Source: Nemertoderma westbladi
Taxonomy: Eukaryota; Animalia; Xenacoelomorpha
Length of the DNA: 64,000 nucleotides
Direction of reading: 5' to 3'
NCBI GenBank assembly: GCA_032718475.1
Contig: JAUCBJ010001849.1
Span: 51,208-115,207 of the forward strand
Shown: piece after piece, positions 23,701 to 34,700 of the stretch
Position numbering within the stretch: position 1 is the stretch's first letter
Layout: the number at the start of each line of letters is the position of its first letter
Notes under the pieces: generated by a model
Told to the model about the DNA's origin: nothing
Database searches by the model: none
The model's input: only the letters and a program-made list of their open reading frames with translations
Program-made: the position numbers and the translations under genes

Positions 23701-26235
23701 AGGGATCGGGTGTGCGTAATGTGTGTGAGTAAACAGTCAGTAAGGGATCGGGTGTGCGTAATGTGTGTGAGTAAACAGTCAGTAAGGGATCGGGTGTGCG
23801 TAATGTGTGTGAGTAAACAGTCAGTAAGGGATCGGGTGTGCGTAATGTGTGTGAGTAAACAGTCAGTAAGGGATCGGGTGTGCGTAATGTGTGTGAGTAA
23901 ACAGTAAGGGATCGGGTGTGCGTAATGTGTGTGAGTAAACATTCAGTAAGGGATCGGGTGTGCATAATGTGTGTGAGTAAACAGTCAGTAAGGGATCGGG
24001 TGTGCGTAATGTGTGTGAGTAAACAGTCAGTAAGGGATCGGGTGTGCGTAATGTGTGTGAGTAAACAGTCAGTAAGGGATCGGGTGTGCGTAATGTGTGT
24101 GAGTAAACAGTAAGGGATCGGGTGTGCGTAATGTGTGTGAGTAAACAGTAAGGGATCGGGTGTGCGTAATGTGTGTGAGTAAACAGTCAGTAAGGGATCG
24201 GGTGTGTGTAATGTGTGTGAGTAAACAGTCAGTAAGGGATCGGGTGTGCGTAATGTGTGTGAGTAAACAGTAAGGGATCGGGTGTGCGTAATGTGTGTGA
24301 GTAAACAGTCAGTAAGGGATCGGGTGTGCGTAATGTGTGTGAGTAAACAGTCAGTAAGGGATCGGGTGTGCGTAATGTGTGTGAGTAAACAGTCAGTAAG
24401 GGATCGGGTGTGCGTAATGTGTGTGAGTAAACAGTCAGTAAGGGATCGGGTGTGCGTAATGTGTGTGAGTAAACAGTCAGTAAGGGATCGGGTGTGCGTA
24501 ATGTGTGTGAGTAAACAGTCAGTAAGGGATCGGGTGTGCGTAATGTGTGTGAGTAAACAGTAAGGGATCGGGTGTGTGTAATGTGTGTGAGTAAACAGTC
24601 AGTAAGGGATCGGGTGTGCGTAATGTGTGTGAGTAAACAGTCAGTAAGGGATCGGGTGTGCGTAATGTGTGAGAGTAAACAGCCAGTAAGGGATCGGGTG
24701 TGCGTAATGTGTGTGAGTAAACAGCCAGTAAGGGATCGGGTGTGCGTAATGTGTGTGAGTAAACAGTAAGGGATCGGGTGTGCATAATGTGTGTGAGTAA
24801 ACAGTCAGTAAGGGATCGGGTGTGCGTAATGTGTGTGAGTAAACAGTAAGTAAGGGATCGGGTGTGCGTAATGTGTGTGAGTAAACAGTCAGTAAGGGAT
24901 CGGGTGTGCGTAATGTGTGTGAGTAAACAGTCAGTAAGGGATCGGGTGTGCGTAATGTGTGTGAGTAAACAGTCAGTAAGGGATCGGGTGTGCGTAATGT
25001 GTGTGAGTAAACAGCCAGTAAGGGATCGGGTGTGCGTAATGTGTGTGAGTAAACAGTAAGGGATCGGGTGTGCGTAATGTGTGTGAGTAAACAGCCAGTA
25101 AGGGATCGGGTGTGCGTAATGTGTGTGAGTAAACAGTAAGTAAGGGATCGGGTGTGCGTAATGTGTGTGAGTAAACAGTAAGTAAGGGATCGGGTGTGCG
25201 TAATGTGTGTGAGTAAACAGTCAGTAAGGGATCGGGTGTGCGTAATGTGTGTGAGTAAACAGTCAGTAAGGGATCGGGTGTGCGTAATGTGTGTGAGTAA
25301 ACAGCCAGTAAGGGATCGGGTGTGCGTAATGTGTGTGAGTAAACAGTAAGGGATCGGGTGTGCGTAATGTGTGTGAGTAAACAGCCAGTAAGGGATCGGG
25401 TGTGCGTAATGTGTGTGAGTAAATAGTCAGTAAGGGATCGGGTGTGCGTAATGTGTGTGAGTAAACAGTAAGGGATCGGGTGTGCGTAATGTGTGTGAGT
25501 AAACAGCCAGTAAGGGATCGGGTGTGCGTAATGTGTGTGAGTAAACATTCAGTAAGGGATCGGGTGTGCATAATGTGTGTGAGTAAACAGTCAGTAAGGG
25601 ATCGGGTGTGCGTAATGTGTGTGAGTAAACAGTCAGTAAGGGATCGGGTGTGCGTAATGTGTGTGAGTAAACAGTCAGTAAGGGATCGGGTGTGCGTAAT
25701 GTGTGTGAGTAAACAGTAAGGGATCGGGTGTGCGTAATGTGTGTGAGTAAACAGTCAGTAAGGGATCGGGTGTGCGTAATGTGTGTGAGTAAACAGCCAG
25801 TAAGGGATCGGGTGTGCGTAATGTGTGTAATGTGTGTGAGTAAACAGCCAGTAAGGGATCGGGTGTGTGTAATGTGTGTGAGTAAACAGTCAGTAAGGGA
25901 TCGGGTGTGCGTAATGTGTGTGAGTAAACAGTCAGTAAGGGATCGGGTGTGCGTAATGTGTGTGAGTAAACAGCCAGTAAGGGATCGGGTGTGCGTAATG
26001 TGTGTGAGTAAACAGTCAGTAAGGGATCGGGTGTGCGTAATGTGTGTGAGTAAACAGCCAGTAAGGGATCGGGTGTGTGTAATGTGTGTGAGTAAACAGC
26101 CAGTAAGGGATCGGGTGTGCGTAATGTGTGTGAGTAAACAGTCAGTAAGGGATCGGGTGTGCGTAATGTGTGTGAGTAAACAGCCAGTAAGGGATCGGGT
26201 GTGCGTAATGTGTGTGAGTAAACAGTCAGTAAGGG
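20780..26235. repeat. Minisatellite, 38/42-bp unit GTAAGGGATCGGGTGTGCGTAATGTGTGTGAGTAAACA(GTCA/GCCA), ~135 copies
   Basis: Visible tandem array with two length classes and an internal 1602-bp higher-order duplication. Confidence 0.98.
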
Positions 26236-26895
26236 AAATAACTACAGCCAATGATAACCATTTGATTTATATTGTAATTAATTAATTAATTAATACACGT
26301 CAAATAAACCTAATTAATACACCAAATACGAGTATTAGCCCCCCCCCCCCCCCACACTCATGTGCACAGTATAGGATAATTAATTGTTGAATTAATTACA
26401 TTGTAACATAAATAATACGCAGATATTTCGCTTAATAATGGCCAGCAGGGTGATGCTGGGTATTACCAGACGGCGCGGATACATGTAGCAAAAACAGTAA
26501 TAAATACAGAAGATCTTAACTTCGGAGCAAATTGGAACTATAATAAATAGAATTATAGACGATCCGCGTGTTATTTAAATCTACTAATTCAAAGAAATTT
26601 GGTGGAAATTAATATCTGGAGATACACCGCCGCCGTCGTACAGGTTGCTAAAGAAACCCACAATAATGACCACAGCCGAATTCTACCAGAACATAGATAG
26701 TCAGCGCAGTTGGTAGGTAAGGTGAGAAATCCTACGGATTTTTATATAAACTACATCGCCAATCGGAATTATAATAATTCGATAAGAAACATTCTTAGTT
26801 GAGCAATAAAGTCTTTCTGATTACATAAAATAAATAAATACAGTTGGGGAATATAAGTAGCCGGTTATACGGCGGATAACCAGTAGTTGGCTAGT

Positions 26896-27109
26896 CTACA
26901 CTAGTTCTACAACGTGGATGACCGCGTCCGAGTACCGGAATCGCATAGCGCGGCCCAAATCAGCTGATCGACGTCGACGCGCCACCGGTTCCGGCATCTC
27001 GTAGACAACCTCCTGGGAATCCTTCTCCTCGAAGAGATCCTCGTTGACGACGAGTCCCGGCATCGAGTCCGCCACTATCGGCAACTCGTCCTCGGTCACT
27101 TCCATCAAG
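26896..27109 (-). CDS. ITM2/BRI2-like BRICHOS gene, last coding exon (acidic linker, furin site, C-terminal peptide)
   Basis: Acceptor ttctcccag|C at 27109 is phase 2, matching the upstream exon ending AG|. Encodes SLMEVTEDE...PVARRRRSADLGRAMRFRYSDAVIHVVELV*. Confidence 0.82.
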
Positions 27110-27436
27110 CTGGGAGAACATAGAAAAGCTAAATAGTGGGCGCTTCTTTATTGTTTTGGTTATAAAACAACGACACTTTTCCCTTAATGTTTTAAATTAA
27201 ATCAATTTAACCCCATTAAACATATTTATTGTATTTGGTCATCTTGAGCCATTAATCCAGAAAAACTTTGTGTTTAGTACACTTTGTTACCAAGTTCAAT
27301 TGACTGAAATTCATTTTCCAATCTGGACTTTCGCTAATTTAAAACAGTGAAACATAAATAACTTTAAAAGTTTTCTACTTTAGCTACAAAAACAACCCGC
27401 TGTTAAATAGTAAATATCGTCTTAGAGCAAAAGGCT

Positions 27437-28026
27437 GAGCGACTTACCTGTAAGTGGGAACCGTCTCACACAGTTCCGATAGATGAGGTCCCAGTGAGCG
27501 ACTTACCTGTAAGTGGGAACCGTCTCACACAGTTCCGATAGATGAGGTCCCAGTGAGCGACTTACCTGTAAGTGGGAACCGTCTCACACAGTTCCGATAG
27601 ATGAGGTCCCAGTGAGCGACTTACCTGTAAGTGGGAACCGTCTCACACAGTTCCGATAGATGAGGTCCCAGTGAGCGACTTACCTGTAAGTGGGAACCGT
27701 CTCACACAGTTTCGATAGATGAGGTCCCAGTGAGCGACTTACCTGTAAGTGGGAACCGTCTCACACAGTTTCGATAGATGAGGTCCCAGTGAGCGACTTA
27801 CCTGTAAGTGGGAACCGTCTCACACAGTTTCGATAGATGAGGTCCCAGTGAGCGACTTACCTGTAAGTGGGAACCGTCTCACACAGTTCCGATAGATGAG
27901 GTCCCAGTGAGCGACTTACCTGTAAGTGGGAACCGTCTCACACAGTTCCGATAGATGAGGTCCCAGTGAGCGACTTACCTGTAAGTGGGAACCGTCTCAC
28001 ACAGTTTCGATAGATGAGGTCCCAGT
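27437..28026. repeat. Minisatellite, 59-bp unit x10, each unit being 48 nt of exon end plus 11 nt of intron start (AG|GTAAGTCGCTC on the - strand)
   Basis: Unit starts at 27437, 27496 ... 27968. The rightmost copy overlaps the BRICHOS exon 27979-28103. Confidence 0.95.
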
Positions 28027-28103
28027 TGATCCTTGTCGTGGATCTGTCCAACAACCCGCATCTTCTCGCGAACAACCGTAAAGTTCGGAACCAATTCCGG
28101 ATC
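27979..28103 (-). CDS. ITM2/BRI2-like gene exon (second half of the BRICHOS domain)
   Basis: tttgcag|GAT...TACAG|gtaagt, 125 bp, phase 0 to 2. Encodes DPELVPNFTVVREKMRVVGQIHDKDQLGPHLSKLCETVPTY, matching the ITM2 pattern P...EEM.V...D...LG..I..LC....TY with the second BRICHOS Cys. Confidence 0.88.
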
Positions 28104-28156
28104 CTGCAAATAAATAATCATATTAAATTAATAAGTCGGAAATAATTAAACGAGGA

Positions 28157-28321
28157 ACTTTGTATAATTTGATACTCACCGCCGGTGTGACTTTGTTTAA
28201 TTTGATACTCACCGCCGGTGTGACTTTGTATAATTTGATACTCACCGCCGGTGTGACTTTGTTTAATTTGATACTCACCGCCGGTGTGACTTTGTTTAAT
28301 TTGATACTCACCGCCGGTGCG
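28157..28321. repeat. Minisatellite, 33-bp unit x5, each containing GCG|GTGAGTAT (consensus 5' splice site) on the - strand
   Basis: Unit ACTTTGT(A/T)TAATTTGATACTCACCGCCGGTGTG starting at 28157, 28190, 28223, 28256 and 28289. Confidence 0.93.
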
Positions 28322-28754
28322 ACCGAAACTTGGCTGTGTAGTCGACCATCAGCGGCGTCTTTTTGAAGACACTACTCCATCATCAGTTCTCCAGATTACC
28401 GCTAGAGGACGAATTGCCTAAAGTGAAAACCACCTGGCATTCCCAAATTATTGAATATAATCCTTTGACCAGATTATACCTGGCCAATATGTTTTAAAAC
28501 CTCAGACTGAATTTCTGTGAGGGAAGACATCTGTTCGGATTTTGCTTATAATTAATTCGAGTTGACACTTAAGCGTTGGGGCAACATGGATGATTTTATT
28601 GAATTTTATGATTTTGGTTTAATGTTTTCCATTGCAGCAATAGTATTCCCAATTCTCTCTTTTACTGTCACTACATTTAAATTAGGGGTAGGCTAGGGTT
28701 AGGTCTTATGATGAAGGAGATGACCCCTAAATTTTGAAGATAATTACTTTCTGA

Positions 28755-31700
28755 TTATATTTCAACCAATACAATGCAGTTCCATCCCAAATTCAGACTG
28801 CTCCTCTACTTATATGATTGGTTATATTTCTACCAATACAATGCAGTTCCATCCCAAATTCAGACTGCTCCTCTACTTATATGATTGGTTATATTTCAAC
28901 CAATACAATGCAGTTCCATCCCAAATTCAGACTGCTCCTCTACTTATATGATTGGTTATATTTCAACCAATACAATGCAGTTCCATCCCAAATTCAGACT
29001 GCTCCTCTACTTATATGATTGGTTATATTTCAACCAATACAATGCAGTTCCATCCCAAATTCAGACTGCCCCTCTACTTATATGATTGGTTATATTTCAA
29101 CCAATACAATGCAGTTCCATCCCAAATTCAGACTGCCCCTCTACTTATATGATTGGTTATATTTCTACCAATACAATGCAGTTCCATCCCAAATTCAGAC
29201 TGCTCCTCTACTTATATGATTGGTTATATTTCAACCAATACAATGCAGTTCCATCCCAAATTCAGACTGCTCCTCTACTTATATGATTGGTTATATTTCA
29301 ACCATTACAATGCAATTCCATCCCAAATTCAGACTGCCCCTCTACTTATATGATTGGTTATATTTCAACCAATACAATGCAGTTCCATCCCAAATTCAGA
29401 CTGCCCCTCTACTTATATGATTGGTTATATTTCAACCAATACAATGCAGTTCCATCCCAAATTCAGACTGCTCCTCTACTTATATGATTGGTTATATTTC
29501 AACCAATACAATGCAGTTCCATCCCAAATTCAGACTGCCGCTCTACTTATATGATTGGTTATATTTCAACCAATACAATGCAGTTCCATCCCAAATTCAG
29601 ACTGCCCCTCTACTTATATGATTGGTTATATTTCAACCAATACAATGCAGTTCCATCCCAAATTCAGACTGCCCCTCTACTTATATGATTGGTTATATTT
29701 CAACCAATACAATGCAGTTCCATCCCAAATTCAGACTGCTCCTCTACTTATATGATTGGTTATATTTCAACCAATACAATGCAGTTCCATCCCAAATTCA
29801 GACTGCCCCTCTACTTATATGATTGGTTATATTTCAACCAATACAATGCAGTTCCATCCCAAATTCAGACTGCTCCTCTACTTATATGATTGGTTATATT
29901 TCAACCAATACAATGCAGTTCCATCCCAAATTCAGACTGCCCCTCTACTTATATGATTGGTTATATTTCAACCAATACAATGCAGTTCCATCCCAAATTC
30001 AGACTGCTCCTCTACTTATATGATTGGTTATATTTCAACCATTAAAATGGAGTTCCATCCCAAATTCAGACTGCTCCTCTACTTATATGATTGGTTATAT
30101 TTCAACCAATACAATGCAGTTCCATCCCAAATTCAGACTGCTCCTCTACTTATATGATTGGTTATATTTCAACCAATACAATGCAGTTCCATCCCAAATT
30201 CAGACTGCTCCTCTACTTATATGATTGGTTATATTTCAACCAATACAATGCAGTTCCATCCCAAATTCAGACTGCTCCTCTACTTATATGATTGGTTATA
30301 TTTCAACCAATACAATGCAGTTCCATCCCAAATTCAGACTGCCCCTCTACTTATATGATTGGTTATATTTCAACCAATACAATGCAGTTCCATCCCAAAT
30401 TCAGACTGCTCCTCTACTTATATGATTGGTTATATTTCAACCAATACAATGCAGTTCCATCCCAAATTCAGACTGCCCCTCTACTTATATGATTGGTTAT
30501 ATTTCAACCAATACAATGCAGTTCCATCCCAAATTCAGACTGCTCCTCTACTTATATGATTGGTTATATTTCAACCATTAAAATGGAGTTCCATCCCAAA
30601 TTCAGACTGCTCCTCTACTTATATGATTGGTTATATTTCAACCAATACAATGCAGTTCCATCCCAAATTCAGACTGCTCCTCTACTTATATGATTGGTTA
30701 TATTTCAACCAATACAATGCAGTTCCATCCCAAATTCAGACTGCTCCTCTACTTATATGATTGGTTATATTTCAACCAATACAATGCAGTTCCATCCCAA
30801 ATTCAGACTGCCCCTCTACTTATATGATTGGTTATATTTCAACCAATACAATGCAGTTCCATCCCAAATTCAGACTGCTCCTCTACTTATATGATTGGTT
30901 ATATTTCAACCATTAAAATGGAGTTCCATCCCAAATTCAGACTGCTCCTCTACTTATATGATTGGTTATATTTCAACCAATACAATGCAGTTCCATCCCA
31001 AATTCAGACTGCCCCTCTACTTATATGATTGGTTATATTTCAACCAATACAATGCAGTTCCATCCCAAATTCAGACTGCTCCTCTACTTATATGATTGGT
31101 TATATTTCAACCATTAAAATGGAGTTCCATCCCAAATTCAGACTGCTCCTCTACTTATATGATTGGTTATATTTCTACCAATACAATGCAGTTCCATCCC
31201 AAATTCAGACTGCTCCTCTACTTATATGATTGGTTATATTTCTGCCAATACAATGCAGTTCCATCCCAAATTCAGACTGCCCCTCTACTTATATGATTGG
31301 TTATATTTCAACCAATACAATGCAGTTCCATCCCAAATTCAGACTGCTCCTCTACTTATATGATTGGTTATATTTCAACCAATACAATGCAGTTCCATCC
31401 CAAATTCAGACTGCCCCTCTACTTATATGATTGGTTATATTTCAACCAATACAATGCAGTTCTATCCCAAATTCAGACTGCCCCTCTACTTATATGATTG
31501 GTTATATTTCAACCAATACAATGCAGTTCTATCCCAAATTCAGACTGCCCCTCTACTTATATGATTGGTTATATTTCAACCAATACAATGCAGTTCTATC
31601 CCAAATTCAGACTGCCCCTCTACTTATATGATTGGTTATATTTCAACCAATACAATGCAGTTCTATCCCAAATTCAGACTGCCCCTCTACTTATATGATT

Positions 31701-34700
31701 GGTTATATTTCAACCAATACAATGCAGTTCCATCCCAAATTCAGACTGCTCCTCTACTTATATGATTGGTTATATTTCAACCAATACAATGCAGTTCCAT
31801 CCCAAATTCAGACTGCCCTCTACTTATATGATTGGTTATATTTCAACCAATACAATGCAGTTCCATCCCAAATTCAGACTGCTCCTCTACTTATATGATT
31901 GGTTATATTTCAACCAATACAATGCAGTTCTATCCCAAATTCAGACTGCCCCTCTACTTATATGATTGGTTATATTTCAACCAATACAATGCAGTTCCAT
32001 CCCAAATTCAGACTGCCCCTCTACTTATATGATTGGTTATATTTCAACCAATACAATGCAGTTCCATCCCAAATTCAGACTGCTCCTCTACTTATATGAT
32101 TGGTTATATTTCAACCATTACAATGCAGTTCCATCCCAAATTCAGACTGCCCCTCTACTTATATGATTGGTTATATTTCAACCAATACAATGCAGTTCCA
32201 TCCCAAATTCAGACTGCTCCTCTACTTATATGATTGGTTATATTTCAACCAATACAATGCAGTTCCATCCCAAATTCAGACTGCCCCTCTACTTATATGA
32301 TTGGTTATATTTCAACCAATACAATGCAGTTCCATCCCAAATTCAGACTGCCCCTCTACTTATATGATTGGTTATATTTCAACCAATACAATGCAGTTCC
32401 ATCCCAAATTCAGACTGCTCCTCTACTTATATGATTGGTTATATTTCAACCAATACAATGCAGTTCCATCCCAAATTCAGACTGCCCCTCTACTTATATG
32501 ATTGGTTATATTTCAACCAATACAATGCAGTTCCATCCCAAATTCAGACTGCTCCTCTACTTATATGATTGGTTATATTTCAACCAATACAATGCAGTTC
32601 CATCCCAAATTCAGACTGCTCCTCTACTTATATGATTGGTTATATTTCAACCAATACAATGCAGTTCCATCCCAAATTCAGACTGCCCCTCTACTTATAT
32701 GATTGGTTATATTTCAACCAATACAATGCAGTTCCATCCCAAATTCAGACTGCCCCTCTACTTATATGATTGGTTATATTTCAACCAATACAATGCAGTT
32801 CCATCCCAAATTCAGACTGCTCCTCTACTTATATGATTGGTTATATTTCAACCAATACAATGCAGTTCCATCCCAAATTCAGACTGCCCCTCTACTTATA
32901 TGATTGGTTATATTTCAACCAATACAATGCAGTTCCATCCCAAATTCAGACTGCTCCTCTACTTATATGATTGGTTATATTTCAACCAATACAATGCAGT
33001 TCCATCCCAAATTCAGACTGCTCCTCTACTTATATGATTGGTTATATTTCAACCAATACAATGCAGTTCCATCCCAAATTCAGACTGCTCCTCTACTTAT
33101 ATGATTGGTTATATTTCAACCAATACAATGCAGTTCCATCCCAAATTCAGACTGCCCCTCTACTTATATGATTGGTTATATTTCAACCAATACAATGCAG
33201 TTCCATCCCAAATTCAGACTGCCCCTCTACTTATATGATTGGTTATATTTCAACCAATACAATGCAGTTCCATCCCAAATTCAGACTGCCCCTCTACTTA
33301 TATGATTGGTTATATTTCAACCAATACAATGCAGTTCCATCCCAAATTCAGACTGCCCCTCTACTTATATGATTGGTTATATTTCAACCAATACAATGCA
33401 GTTCCATCCCAAATTCAGACTGCTCCTCTACTTATATGATTGGTTATATTTCAACCAATACAATGCAGTTCCATCCCAAATTCAGACTGCTCCTCTACTT
33501 ATATGATTGGTTATATTTCAACCAATACAATGCAGTTCTATCCCAAATTCAGACTGCCCCTCTACTTATATGATTGGTTATATTTCAACCAATACAATGC
33601 AGTTCCATCCCAAATTCAGACTGCTCCTCTACTTATATGATTGGTTATATTTCAACCAATACAATGCAGTTCCATCCCAAATTCAGACTGCTCCTCTACT
33701 TATATGATTGGTTATATTTCAACCAATACAATGCAGTTCCATCCCAAATTCAGACTGCTCCTCTACTTATATGATTGGTTATATTTCAACCAATACAATG
33801 CAGTTCTATCCCAAATTCAGACTGCCCCTCTACTTATATGATTGGTTATATTTCAACCAATACAATGCAGTTCCATCCCAAATTCAGACTGCCCCTCTAC
33901 TTATATGATTGGTTATATTTCAACCAATACAATGCAGTTCTATCCCAAATTCAGACTGCCCCTCTACTTATATGATTGGTTATATTTCAACCAATACAAT
34001 GCAGTTCCATCCCAAATTCAGACTGCCCCTCTACTTATATGATTGGTTATATTTCAACCAATACAATGCAGTTCTATCCCAAATTCAGACTGCCCCTCTA
34101 CTTATATGATTGGTTATATTTCAACCAATACAATGCAGTTCCATCCCAAATTCAGACTGCTCCTCTACTTATATGATTGGTTATATTTCAACCAATACAA
34201 TGCAGTTCCATCCCAAATTCAGACTGCTCCTCTACTTATATGATTGGTTATATTTCAACCAATACAATGCAGTTCCATCCCAAATTCAGACTGCTCCTCT
34301 ACTTATATGATTGGTTATATTTCAACCAATACAATGCAGTTCCATCCCAAATTCAGACTGCTCCTCTACTTATATGATTGGTTATATTTCAACCAATACA
34401 ATGCAGTTCCATCCCAAATTCAGACTGCCCCTCTACTTATATGATTGGTTATATTTCAACCAATACAATGCAGTTCCATCCCAAATTCAGACTGCCCCTC
34501 TACTTATATGATTGGTTATATTTCAACCAATACAATGCAGTTCCATCCCAAATTCAGACTGCTCCTCTACTTATATGATTGGTTATATTTCAACCAATAC
34601 AATGCAGTTCCATCCCAAATTCAGACTGCCCCTCTACTTATATGATTGGTTATATTTCAACCAATACAATGCAGTTCCATCCCAAATTCAGACTGCCCCT

